Position numbers and translations under genes: made by a program. From an uncultured bacterium (lineage in GTDB: Bacteria > Acidobacteriota > Aminicenantia > Aminicenantales > Saccharicenantaceae), in the NCBI GenBank assembly GCA_963827635.1, contig CAWHBV010000023.1:4840-68839 (forward strand): 64,000 nt of DNA. Direction: 5' to 3'. The notes beneath the pieces are model-generated. The model did no database searches. It was not told where the DNA came from and saw nothing but the letters and a program-made list of their open reading frames with translations. This document shows, in pieces, positions 37,367-47,180 of this stretch; position 1 is the first letter of the stretch; every line of letters begins with the position of its first letter.

Positions 37367-37367
37367 A
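37256..37367 (+). repeat. 112-bp exact repeat, copy 2 (3' end of VWA paralog B)
   Basis: Identical to 35003-35114, whereas the rest of the two genes is strongly diverged. Confidence 0.9.
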
Positions 37368-37468
37368 ACTCCCTCAACGGCCCCGGCGCGAGGCCTCGGC
37401 AAGGCCTTCTCCCGCGCAAGACCCGGGCCCTGCCGGCCGGCCCCGGAAAATGCCAAAAAATCAGCCTG

Positions 37469-37486
37469 AATCCAATATTTTGGATT
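37469..37486. promoter_or_regulatory. perfect palindrome in the AT-rich leader upstream of the TonB-dependent receptor
   Basis: AATCCAA-TATT-TTGGATT, flanked by direct copies of AAAATGCC (37446-37453 and 37492-37499). Confidence 0.4.
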
Positions 37487-37732
37487 AGTCCAAAATGCCG
37501 AAGATTCCCCGGTCCATGCTCCGACCATAACTCACACATAATAAACACATTTAAAGTGACCGCACATTGGCATGATAATTGCTAATTAAAGAGGCTTGAT
37601 CGACATGAAAAACCATAATATTTTTTCCAAACGAGGAGGTGAGACAGGAAGGACGTTTCCGCATGAGCTATGGGAGGGCGGCGATTTCGCCGCTCTGGGT
37701 TTAGGTTTTCAATTTCTAGGAGGAATTATTTT

Positions 37733-40700
37733 ATGAGTAAGAAATTCGTGATTGCGATCCTCGCGCTGTTCATCGCCGGGACCGCTTTCGGCCAACAGGT
37801 CTCGACCTCCAAGATGGAGGGCAAGGTCCTGGACAGCACGGGCGCCCCGCTGCCCGGCGTCTCGGTCGAAGCGACGAGCCCGAAGATGGTCGGCAAGGCG
37901 ACCGCCGTGACGGACGGGGACGGCGTCTACCGCCTGTTCTCCCTGCCTTCCGGCACGTATGAGGTCATCTTCTCCCTGCAGGGATTCAAGACCCTCATCC
38001 GCCAGAACATCATCGTCCAGATGTCCACCACGGTCAGCCTGAACGTGACCCTGGACCAGGCGGCCATCGAAGAGCAGGTCACGGTCATCGGGCAGAGCCC
38101 GCTGATCGACGTCAAGAGCACGGTCAAGGGCCAGACCATGACCAAGGAAGTGTTCATGGCCCTGCCCCGCACCCGGAACTTCGACGGCCTGCTGAGCACG
38201 GTTCCCGGCGTCCAGAATGAGTCCAACACCGGCGGCCTCTCGGTCGACGGCGCGACGGGCACCGAGAACATGTGGTACATGGACGGCACCGACATCACGG
38301 GCGGCCACATCGGCACCCGCAACCAGAGCGCCGTCATGGAGATGGTCGAAGAGGTCAAGGTCACCGCGTCGGGCTACAGCGCCGAATTCGGCGGCTCGAT
38401 GGGCGGCGTCGTCAACGTCATCACCCGCTCCGGCGGCAATGCGTTCCACGGCGACATCATGGCCTACTACAACGACAACGACATCCTGATGCAGGGCAAG
38501 TCCCGCGAGTACTTCCGCTGGAGCCCCTACGACGACGACCTGGGCGAGTACGTCAACGACGACGACCTGTACTGGTCCGGCGGCAAGAACCGCGACGACT
38601 ACAAGCGGTTCGAGGGCGTCTTCAACCTGGGCGGCTACATCCTCAAGGACCGCCTGTGGTTCTTCGGCTCCTTCAACCCCCAGTATTCCCGGACCATCGC
38701 CGACCGGTGGTTCCTGGTCGACGGCACCTACGACACGGCCCCCCGCTACAACTTCTACCAGAAGAACTTCACCTGGAACGGCCAGATGAAGCTGACCGCG
38801 GCCCCGTTCAAGGGCATGCGCATGTCGGCTTCGTTCGTCAACAACTGGTCCAACTACCGCGGCGAGATCCCGAGCATCAGCGGCACCAGCAGCAAGACCT
38901 ACGGCGGCTGGGGTCTCGATGCCTGGAAGCAGGCCGGCTACGACTATCCCAACCTGAGCGCGGCCCTCATGTTCGACTACAGCGCCAGCAACAACTTCCT
39001 CGTCAGCGCCCGCGCCGGCTACGCCATGTCGAACACGACCAACCAGCAGATCGGCAACGACTTCCGCACGATCTACAACAACACCAGCAGCTACGTGTAC
39101 GAAGGCATCATCGACGACGATCTGCTCTACTACGCCGGCGCCGTCAACTACTCCGGCAGCCGGACGGTCCTCCAGCGCCAGAAGCTGGAAAAGCTCTCCG
39201 CCAACCTCGACCTGTCCTACTACGTCAGCCTGGGCGGCGAACACGCCTGGAAGGCCGGCGCCCAGCTCATCCGGGACCAGGAAGACTACGCCAACTCGGC
39301 GGCCTACCCGATGGTCAACCTGTACTGGGATCAGTCCTGCTCGGCCCTGTCGGCCTACGGCACTCCCACGTTCCGCGGCGAATACGGCTACTACTACATC
39401 CGCGGCTCCTGGACCTCCCCCTACGGCTACCAGTGGGACATCGCCCGCAACAGCTACGCCCTCTATCTCCAGGATTCCTGGACGATCGGCGGGCGGCTCA
39501 CCCTTAACGCCGGCGTCCGGACGGAATCCGAGTACATCCCGTCCTTCAACCCCGATTTCCCCGGCAAGCCCATCAATTTCGGATTCGACGACAAGCTCGC
39601 CCCCCGGCTGGGCGTCGTCTACGACGTCTTCGGGGATTCCACCCTCAAGGTCTTCGGCAGCTTCGGCATCTACTACGACGTCATGAAGCTCTACCTGGCC
39701 GAAGGCTCCTACGGCGGCTTCAAGTGGATCAGCGACTACTACAAGCTCGACAACCCCAACTTCTGGGAGATCGGCGACGAGTACATCGCCGGTGACACCA
39801 GCGACGCGGCCAAGGCCGACCAGGCCGCCGGCGGCGAGTACATGGGCTCGATCAACTACCGCGTTCCCTCGTTCGACACCACCCAGCCCGACATGAAGCC
39901 CGTGTCCCAGCGCGAGATCTCCCTCGGCGCCGAGAAGAAGCTCACCGAGGACCTGTCCCTGTCCGTCCGCCTCGTCAACAAGCACCTCATCAACACGATC
40001 GAAGACATCGGCGTCGAAGGCCTCGGCGGCGAACAGTACTTCAACGGCAATCCCGGCAGCGCCTGGATCCAGGACAGATTCGACGAGATGCTCAGCAACG
40101 CCGGCCCCGACGGCATCGAAGGAACCGCTGACGACCAGGGTTCCGATGCTTATTGGGCCCAGCCCAGTGCCAAGAGAGAGTATTACGGCATGAACCTGTC
40201 CCTCGAAAAGCGGTTCAGCCACAACTGGCAGGGCGGCATCAACTACACCCTGAGCAGCGTCAAGGGCAACTACAGCGGCCTGTCCTCCTCCGACGAGAAC
40301 GGGCGCAATTCCCCGAACGTCGAGCGCTTCTTCGACATGTGGTTCATGATGTACCGGCTCGACGGCCAGCTCCTCGACGGACCGCTCCCCCAGGACCGGA
40401 CCCACTACTTCAAGGCCTACGGCTCCTATGCCTTCCCGTTCGGCCTCACGGTCGGCGTGGTCGGCTACGGCCGCAGCGGCCTGCCCGTCAGCACCCAGCT
40501 GAGCGTCCGCAATAGCTACATCTATCCCAACGGCTACGGCGACCTCGGCCGGCTGCCCTTCACGGTCTGGGGCGACATCTTCGTCGAGTACGCCCTCAAG
40601 ATCGCCGGCAAGTACAACGTCGCGCTGAACCTCCAGGTCAACAACTTCACCAACACCAAGACCTGGCAGGCCAAGACGATCGCCCCCAACCGGTCCACGA

Positions 40701-40858
40701 TGGGTATCGAGGACTGGGAGTTCCTGGCCGGCGACTTCGACTGGGAATCGGCTCTCAACTCCCCCGGCGACCCCTACTGGAAGAACACCAACTTCAACAA
40801 CTTCACCTCCCGCTACGGAACCTGGACCGCCCGCCTCGGCGCCCGGTTCTCCTTCTAA
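37733..40858 (+). CDS. TonB-dependent receptor with an N-terminal carboxypeptidase-regulatory-like domain
   Basis: ATG at 37733 follows TAGGAGG, with signal MSKKFVIAILALFIAGTAFGQQ. It has a CarboxypepD_reg-type start (GKVLDSTGAPLPGVSVEA...DGDGVYRL), a plug region, a long beta-barrel and the C-terminal ...RLGARFSF. Confidence 0.85.
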   Translation: MSKKFVIAILALFIAGTAFGQQVSTSKMEGKVLDSTGAPLPGVSVEATSPKMVGKATAVTDGDGVYRLFSLPSGTYEVIFSLQGFKTLIRQNIIVQMSTTVSLNVTLDQAAIEEQVTVIGQSPLIDVKSTVKGQTMTKEVFMALPRTRNFDGLLSTVPGVQNESNTGGLSVDGATGTENMWYMDGTDITGGHIGTRNQSAVMEMVEEVKVTASGYSAEFGGSMGGVVNVITRSGGNAFHGDIMAYYNDNDILMQGKSREYFRWSPYDDDLGEYVNDDDLYWSGGKNRDDYKRFEGVFNLGGYILKDRLWFFGSFNPQYSRTIADRWFLVDGTYDTAPRYNFYQKNFTWNGQMKLTAAPFKGMRMSASFVNNWSNYRGEIPSISGTSSKTYGGWGLDAWKQAGYDYPNLSAALMFDYSASNNFLVSARAGYAMSNTTNQQIGNDFRTIYNNTSSYVYEGIIDDDLLYYAGAVNYSGSRTVLQRQKLEKLSANLDLSYYVSLGGEHAWKAGAQLIRDQEDYANSAAYPMVNLYWDQSCSALSAYGTPTFRGEYGYYYIRGSWTSPYGYQWDIARNSYALYLQDSWTIGGRLTLNAGVRTESEYIPSFNPDFPGKPINFGFDDKLAPRLGVVYDVFGDSTLKVFGSFGIYYDVMKLYLAEGSYGGFKWISDYYKLDNPNFWEIGDEYIAGDTSDAAKADQAAGGEYMGSINYRVPSFDTTQPDMKPVSQREISLGAEKKLTEDLSLSVRLVNKHLINTIEDIGVEGLGGEQYFNGNPGSAWIQDRFDEMLSNAGPDGIEGTADDQGSDAYWAQPSAKREYYGMNLSLEKRFSHNWQGGINYTLSSVKGNYSGLSSSDENGRNSPNVERFFDMWFMMYRLDGQLLDGPLPQDRTHYFKAYGSYAFPFGLTVGVVGYGRSGLPVSTQLSVRNSYIYPNGYGDLGRLPFTVWGDIFVEYALKIAGKYNVALNLQVNNFTNTKTWQAKTIAPNRSTMGIEDWEFLAGDFDWESALNSPGDPYWKNTNFNNFTSRYGTWTARLGARFSF

Positions 40859-40886
40859 GCAGTAGCAGCAGCACACGCAGAAGCTC

Positions 40887-40923
40887 GCCCGCCCCGGCGC
40901 AAGCCGGGGCGGGCTTTTTTTTT
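40887..40923 (+). terminator. rho-independent terminator
   Basis: GCCCGCCCCGGC-GCAA-GCCGGGGCGGGC followed by nine T, 29 nt after the receptor stop. Confidence 0.85.
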
Positions 40924-41016
40924 GCGAAAACAGGGAAAACTTCCCCCGAGCAGGCCGGCGAAGACGGTCCTTCTGGGAAAACCCGGGGGGCCGGCGGGGA
41001 ATGACGTTCGGGGGGA

Positions 41017-41982
41017 TTACTTCTTGATGGCGTCGAGGATGGCCTTGGCCTGGGCGGTCCGCTCCGTCTCGGGCTCGAGCTTGATGAACTTCTCGAGGTT
41101 CTCGGCCGCCTTGACGTTGTCGCCCTTGTTGAGGTAGGCGAAGGCCACGCGGAGGTAGGGATCGGCCCAATCCGGCTTGATCTGGATGGCCATCTCGAAG
41201 TAGCGGATGGCGTCGTCGATCTGCTGGTTGGAGAAGTAGATCTCGGCGACGTTGTAGGGCAGGTTCTCGTCCTGGGGGGCCATCTCGATCGACTTCTTGA
41301 AGTAGTCCTGGGACTCGGCCAGCTTGTCCTGCTTCAGGTAGCACAGCCCGATGGCCGCCAGGCCCTTGGCGCCGATGGTCTTGCCCATGGCCGTGTCGGC
41401 GGCGGCCTGTTCGATGAGCAGGTTGTACTTCTGGATGGCCGTCTCGTACTCGCCCTTCTCGCGGTAGCAGTCGCCGATGTTCAGGAGGACCTGGTAGGCG
41501 CCGGGGTTCTTGGTCAGGAATTCCTCGTACATCATCAGGGCCGTGTCGTACTTGCCGTCCTTGAAGAAGGCGTTGCCCTCCTCGAGGGTCTGGAAGGTCG
41601 CCTCGTCCTGGACGATGCCCGAGCCGGCGGCCTGCTTCTCCAGCTTGAGGACGATCTTGGGGTTCTTGCTGAGCTGGGAGATCTGCGCGCCCGTGGAGAC
41701 CGGCAGGAAGCCGGGGGCGCTGGCCGTGATGATCCAGCTCCCGGTCCCGACGCCCATGATGCCCCATTCGCCCTTCTTGTCGGTCGTCGCCTCGAAGGTG
41801 CTGCCGCCCGGCTGGTCGAAGACCGCCGTGATCTTGGCCCCGGCGACGGGCTTGCCGTCCTTGTCGACGACCGAGCCGCCCATGCGGGCGACGCCGCGGC
41901 CCGCCTGGGCCAGGGCCAGGCCGCTCGAAATGAGAAGTATCGCGGCGCCGGCCGCGAACTTCGCGGATAACCGATGATTCAT
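41017..41982 (-). CDS. secreted protein with a carboxypeptidase-regulatory-like domain and TPR repeats
   Basis: Signal peptide, then GSVVDKDGKPVAGAKITAV...DKKGEWGI, then several TPR units (ALMMYEEFLTKNPGAYQVLLNIGDCYREKGEY...). Confidence 0.75.
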   Translation of the reverse strand: MNHRLSAKFAAGAAILLISSGLALAQAGRGVARMGGSVVDKDGKPVAGAKITAVFDQPGGSTFEATTDKKGEWGIMGVGTGSWIITASAPGFLPVSTGAQISQLSKNPKIVLKLEKQAAGSGIVQDEATFQTLEEGNAFFKDGKYDTALMMYEEFLTKNPGAYQVLLNIGDCYREKGEYETAIQKYNLLIEQAAADTAMGKTIGAKGLAAIGLCYLKQDKLAESQDYFKKSIEMAPQDENLPYNVAEIYFSNQQIDDAIRYFEMAIQIKPDWADPYLRVAFAYLNKGDNVKAAENLEKFIKLEPETERTAQAKAILDAIKK

Positions 41983-42073
41983 GATTGCCTCCTGCGAATG
42001 ATAGAACCGTATCTATTATCCATTCAAGGCGGTTTTTTTTCAAGACCGCGGGCCCGGAGCCGGTCCGGCGGGC

Positions 42074-44252
42074 TCAGAGCCGCCAGAGGTAGGAGGCCTT
42101 GAAGAAGAGGCCGTGCTTCATCCCGAGGAAGCGGCCGGAGTCCCGGTATTCCCCGTCGACCCACTCGGTCCGGTCGAAGATCGAGCCGTAACCGAGCTGG
42201 ATGACGGTCCCGGGAATGTAGGTGAACGAGGCCAGGAGGTCGGTCAGCATCTGCCGGCGGAAGGAGTTGTACTCGACGACGCCGCGGAAGAAGAGGAACT
42301 TGTTCGCCTGATAGGTCAGGCGGCCCCGTCCGATGGCGTAGTCGTATTCCTTTTCGCCCGTCTCCTTCCGGAAGAAGTCGGCGTAGGTCAGGCTGGCGGT
42401 CAGATCGAGCTTCTCCGAGGGCTTGTAGGTCAGTCCGGCGGTCGCGCGGCTGCCGTAGCCCTGGTAGGGGTCGGCGAGGTAACGGATGGAATCGCCGCGG
42501 AAGTAGAGGCCCCGGAGATAGAGCTTTTTCGTGACGTAGCTCAGCACCTGGATCAGCCCGCCGCCCGTGTCGAAGCGCCGGCCGAGGAAGACCTCCGTCG
42601 AATAGCGTCCGAGGAGCTGGACGGTCGTGTTCCCGGCCAGCAGGAGCGTCACGCCGAGCGCGTCGTCCGTTTCGTAGAGACCGCTCGGCAGGTCCTTGAC
42701 CGCGGCCACGGAGATGTTCGGTGTGATCTTTCTCAACAAGCCGCTCTTGGGATAAAAGCGCGGCGTAGACGGAGGCGGCCAGACCGGCCACGCCCTGCCG
42801 CGTCAGGTAGCCGGCGTCGGTTTGGAAGTCCGTGGATATATCGTAGAATGAGATAGTTATGCCGAGATCGCGGGTGTCGTAGAGGTAGCCTGCGCCCAGG
42901 GCGAGCCCGGCGTCCGGGCCCGTCTCCCCGCCGGCCCGCGTCCACGAGCCGAGGGCGTGGAAGGCCAGCTGGCTCGATTTCGTCAGCCGCAGCTGACCGT
43001 CGGCACCGGCGACCTGATTGGCCCCGCCGCCGTACTCGCGGCCCGTGTAGAGCGCGCCGAGGTAGCCGTCGCTGCCGACCGCCCGCTTGTAGCGGAAGAC
43101 GGCGAAGCCCGCCGAACGGTCGTCCCCGGGCTCGTAGAGGGGATCGCCCCGGGGCGACTCGTCGAGGGCCAGGATGGAGGCCACCGTGTCCTTCTTCCCG
43201 ATCTTCCCGGACAGCTTGAAGCCGACGAGCGGATCGATGATCGTCCGGGTGTGGACCGCGGCCGCGAGCGGGCCGGTGCCCGACGCCGCCAGGTTGAACA
43301 TCTCGCTGCCCTCCAGGAAGAACGGCCGCTTCTCCGGAAAGTAGAGATCGTAACGCAGGTTGATGTCGACCTGCCCGGCGTCGGCCTCGACCTGGCTGAA
43401 GTCGGGATTGACGGTCCCATCCAGGATGAGCTGGGAGGTGAGGCCGACCTTCGCGGTCAGATGGCCGTCGTGGGCCCCGCGCCCGCCGACGAGCTCCCCT
43501 TCGACCCGTTCGGCCCCGTCCCGATAGGTGTAGGCCGGCAGGACCTCGAGCAGGGTGTACCTCCGGATGTCCGCCAGCTCGAGCGGCATCATCTGGGTCA
43601 GGAAGAAGTAGCCCCGGGCCGGATCGAGGGCCGGGTAGGAGCTGTGCTCCGAGCGGCGGGCGATGCGGCGCTCGAAGAAGATGGACATCTCGACCCGCGC
43701 CTTCCCGGCATAGCGGATGCTCTTGAAGGGCACGGCCAGCTCGACCGTATAGCCGTCGGGATCGAGCCGGCCGGCGCTCGACCAGACGAAATCGACGCTG
43801 AAGTCCTCGGTGTTGCTGGCGAAGCGGCTGTCGGTCTGGATGCCGAGCGGGTTGACGTAGAAGGCGTAGAGGGACTGCCGGTCGTTGAAGCTGTCGAGGT
43901 TGATGCAGATGAAGTCGTCGGAGCGGATGGTGTCGCGGTCGGCCACGGAGGCCTTGATCTTGTCCGGCTCCCGGTCGTAGCACTTGAAGGCGAAGTAGAG
44001 GTTCTCGGCGTCGTAGGCCATGAAGGCCACGGTCCGCTCGCTCGGCTCCCGGCCGAAATCGGGGATGAAGGTCTTGGCCAGCTCGACCGAGGGGGCGTCG
44101 CGCCAAGCCGGCTCGTCGAGGCGGCCGTCGATCGCGGGCGGTTGGGCCAAACGGAGCGGCCGGAAGAACTCCCCGTCGGGCGGAACAGCCGGTGCGGCCC
44201 CGGCGGATACGGCGAGGCCGATGAGGAGGAGTCCGAGGCTGAGAGCGCGCAT
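42074..44252 (-). pseudogene. CBM9/DUF5916-like outer-membrane beta-barrel protein, +1 frameshift near 42761
   Basis: Signal MRALSLGLLLIGLAVSAGA and an N-terminal CBM9-like domain (IDGRLDEPAWRDAP...) are present, together with TVNPDFSQVEADAGQVDINLRYDLYFPEKRPFFLEG. After ...GLAASVYA the C-terminal barrel (RFYPKSGLLRKITPNISV...FFKASYLWRL, ORF 42074-42739) lies in the next frame. Confidence 0.65.
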
Positions 44253-44342
44253 GGGAGAGACTCTACGGGAAACGGGAGCGGGAGTCAACGCTTCGCCGCG
44301 CGGATCGATTCTGCTAGAATGATTCCCATCCGGAGGTGCCTC

Positions 44343-45215
44343 ATGACGCGCAGAACCCATCTCGCCCGCGCGGCCGTCCTCGCCGCCGTCCTCGCCGCGT
44401 TCGTCGCGTCCGCCTGCTCCCGCCCCGGATCCGAGCCTCCTCCCCCTCTGGCGATCGCGACGGCCGCGGACCTCGATCTCAAGGAGACGACCGTCCGCAA
44501 CGTCACGGGCCGCACCGTCACCTATCGGATCTATCCGATCGCGAATCCCGCGGCGATCGAGACCCGCGAGCTCGCGGCCGGCGCCATCGACCGCTTCCGG
44601 ACGTCCGAGGCGCTCGAGGTCGAGTTCGCAACGGGCGAGAAGGACGCCGTCTATTCGCTCGATCCGGGCAGCCCGTATTCCTTCCGCTACGACGAAGGCG
44701 AGACGATCGACCTCTTCCTCGGCTCCCACGGCCGGGACGACGCCGTCGATCTCGCCCCCTGGGTCCCGACGCCCGCGCCGGTCGTGGACCGGATGCTCGA
44801 GCTCGCCGCCGTGACCGGCCGCGACATCCTGTACGACATCGGCTGCGGGGACGGCCGCATCGTCATCACGGCGGCCCGCCGCTACGGGGCCCGGGGCGTC
44901 GGCATCGACATCGACAAGGCCATGATCGAGGAATCGGAGCGCAACGCCGCGGCCGCCGGGGTCGCGGACAAGGTCCGTTTCCTCGGCATGGACGCCACCA
45001 AGGCCGACATCACCGAGGCGACGGTCGTCAGCCTCTACCTGCTCCCGGAATCGAACGCCCTCATGCGCCCCATCCTCGAGGCCCAGCTCCGGCCGAAAAG
45101 CCGGGTCGTCTGCCACAACTACGCCATGCCGGGCTGGGAGGCGAAGCAGGTCCGGGTCGAGACGGTCGAGGACGAGGAAGGCGGGACCCACTACGTCTAT
45201 CTGTACATCCGCTGA
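44343..45215 (+). CDS. lipoprotein with a C-terminal class I SAM-dependent methyltransferase domain
   Basis: ATG at 44343 is preceded by an extended -10 (TGCTAGAAT, 44312-44320) and GGAGG. Lipobox FVASAC. SAM-binding motif ILYDIGCGDGRIVITAA...GVGIDID. Confidence 0.7.
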   Translation: MTRRTHLARAAVLAAVLAAFVASACSRPGSEPPPPLAIATAADLDLKETTVRNVTGRTVTYRIYPIANPAAIETRELAAGAIDRFRTSEALEVEFATGEKDAVYSLDPGSPYSFRYDEGETIDLFLGSHGRDDAVDLAPWVPTPAPVVDRMLELAAVTGRDILYDIGCGDGRIVITAARRYGARGVGIDIDKAMIEESERNAAAAGVADKVRFLGMDATKADITEATVVSLYLLPESNALMRPILEAQLRPKSRVVCHNYAMPGWEAKQVRVETVEDEEGGTHYVYLYIR

Positions 45216-45255
45216 GGGCGGAGGCGCCCTCGATGTCACGGGGTGAGCGGCCGGC

Positions 45256-45879
45256 TCAGAACGCGATGCCGATGCTGGCCGACCAGACGCCGTTCTTGAA
45301 GTCCGGTTCGACGTCGCCCTCGAACGTGGAGATGACCTTCTGCAGGCCCAGGCTGTAGCGGACGTCGACCATGAAATTCCGCCCCACGTTCAGTCCGGCC
45401 CCGAAGATGGCGCCGTAGTCGTTGTTCTTCAGGATGGACTCCCCGAGCGGGATCTCCTCGCCGTTGGACTCCCACTTCTCCTTGAGCTTGAAGCCCACGG
45501 TCGGGCCGGCGAAGACGAAGGGCTGGACGACCGGCGTGGGGATCCTCAGCTTGAGGAGCAGGGGGATCTCGATGTAGTCGGCGTAGAGCTTGTCGGTGTA
45601 GGTGTCGTCGAGGGCCTCGTAGGTGGCGCCCTTCATGGTGTACAGGACCTCGGACTGGATGGTGACGACGCGGCCGAAGTTGAAGGCCAGGAAGATGCCG
45701 CCCGTGAAGCCGACTTTGGACTTCAGGGTCGCCAGCGGGTCCTGGGCGTCGGCGCCGGTGGGCTTGGCCATGTTGGCGCCGGCCTTGATCCCGAACTGGA
45801 CGGCGGCGTCGGCCGGCTGGGGCAGGGCCAGGAGCCCGGCGCAGGCCGCGATCAGGAGCAGTGTCGTGAATCTCTTCAT
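45256..45879 (-). CDS. small outer-membrane beta-barrel protein (OmpW/PorT-like)
   Basis: ATG at 45879 follows GGAGGA, with signal MKRFTTLLLIAACAGLLALPQPADA. It has alternating amphipathic strands and a terminal ...SASIGIAF. Confidence 0.7.
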   Translation of the reverse strand: MKRFTTLLLIAACAGLLALPQPADAAVQFGIKAGANMAKPTGADAQDPLATLKSKVGFTGGIFLAFNFGRVVTIQSEVLYTMKGATYEALDDTYTDKLYADYIEIPLLLKLRIPTPVVQPFVFAGPTVGFKLKEKWESNGEEIPLGESILKNNDYGAIFGAGLNVGRNFMVDVRYSLGLQKVISTFEGDVEPDFKNGVWSASIGIAF

Positions 45880-46063
45880 GATTCCTCCTCGGAATGCGCG
45901 AAAATCCGGACGCGGGTCCGGGGACACGCATCCTTATGCCAGTATGAGGCCGGCGTCCCCCCCCGGCAATCCCCCGAAGAGGGGAATTCACCGGGCAGAG
46001 GCCCCCCTCTCGGGGGGTGACGGGAAACCGGCTTTCTCATCCCCGGGCGGACGGCCCGGGAGG

Positions 46064-47092
46064 CTAGAGCTTGATCAGCTCGACCTTGGCCTTGTCCTTG
46101 AGCGCCTGGACGGTGTCCTGGACCAGGGTCCCCTGCTTGGCCTGCTGGAGCCGCGATTCGATCTCGGCCCGGGCCTCCTCGAAGGTGCGGGACTCCTTCT
46201 TGCGCTCGACGACCTTGATGATGTGATACCCGAACGACGTTTCGACGAGGCCGCTCAGCCCGCCGACGGGCAGGGAGAAAGAGGCGTCTTCGAAGGGCTT
46301 GACCATCTGCCCGCGGGGGAAGTTCTCGTAGAGGCCGCCGTTGTCCTTGGAGCCGGGGTCCTCGGTATACTGCTTGACCAGCTCGACGAAATCCTCACCG
46401 GCCTGGGCCTTGGCCAGGACGCCCTCGGCCTTGGTGCGGATCTCGGCCTTCTCGGCGTCGGTCTTGCCCTGGGTCATGAAGAGGATGTGGCGGACCGACG
46501 CGGTCTGGTCGGTCTGCGCCGCCTCGTCGTAGGCCTTGCGGACGTCCGCTTCGGCCACCTTGGCCCCGCCTTCGACGATGCCCTTGAGGTAGGCGTTGAT
46601 GAGGAGCGTTTCCCCGATGCTCGTCTTGACGTGGTCGATCGAGATGTCGGCCTTCTTGATCTCCTCGAGGAAGGTCTGCTCTCCGCCGGCCTGGCCGTAT
46701 TCGGACTGGAGGGCCTTTTCGAGATCGCCGTCCGGGACGACCGCCTTGGCCGCCTTCGCGGCGGCCAGGAGCAGCTTGCGCTCGGCCAGGGTGTTCGCGC
46801 CCTGCTCGAGGATCTGCTTCAGCTGACCGGCGTCGACCTGCTTGAGCCCGTCGGTCCGCGTGCCCAGGTTGTCCCGGATGGCCTGGATGACCTCGGCGGA
46901 CGTGATGGTGAAGCCCTTGGCCTTGACCATGACGGTCGTCTTGTCGGGGCCGAGGGCGGGGATGATCGCGGCCAGGTCCTTGGCCAACGCGAAGGCGGGG
47001 GTGCCTTCCTTGAGGGCGAATTCTTCGGCTTTCGAGGCGCAGGCCGAGGCGACCAGGGCCCCGGCCAGGATGATCGCGAGTGCTTGTTTCAT
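46064..47092 (-). CDS. peptidylprolyl isomerase, parvulin type (SurA/PrsA-like lipoprotein)
   Basis: Lipobox LVASAC and a PpiC domain (VRHILF...GGLYENFPRGQMVKPFEDASFSLPVGGLSGLVETSFGYHIIKV). Confidence 0.85.
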   Translation of the reverse strand: MKQALAIILAGALVASACASKAEEFALKEGTPAFALAKDLAAIIPALGPDKTTVMVKAKGFTITSAEVIQAIRDNLGTRTDGLKQVDAGQLKQILEQGANTLAERKLLLAAAKAAKAVVPDGDLEKALQSEYGQAGGEQTFLEEIKKADISIDHVKTSIGETLLINAYLKGIVEGGAKVAEADVRKAYDEAAQTDQTASVRHILFMTQGKTDAEKAEIRTKAEGVLAKAQAGEDFVELVKQYTEDPGSKDNGGLYENFPRGQMVKPFEDASFSLPVGGLSGLVETSFGYHIIKVVERKKESRTFEEARAEIESRLQQAKQGTLVQDTVQALKDKAKVELIKL

Positions 47093-47180
47093 CTCATTCT
47101 CCTTGGGTTCTCCGGAAAGACCCCTTAGTTAACCACAATCGGCCGGGCCGACGCAAAGGAATTCTGGGCCGGCGGGGCGT

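Noticed and set aside
37670-37732. N-terminal extension of the TonB-dependent receptor (track start at 37670, MGGRRFRRSGFRFSISRRNYF...)
   Set aside because: The ATG at 37733 has a strong SD (TAGGAGG) and immediately yields a canonical signal peptide. The extension is AT-rich leader sequence.
45880-46063. Small RNA gene in the 184-nt spacer between the PPIase and OMP genes
   Set aside because: It contains only several short GC hairpins (for example CCCCCC-TCTC-GGGGGG) without a U tract or a recognisable family signature. Evidence is insufficient.
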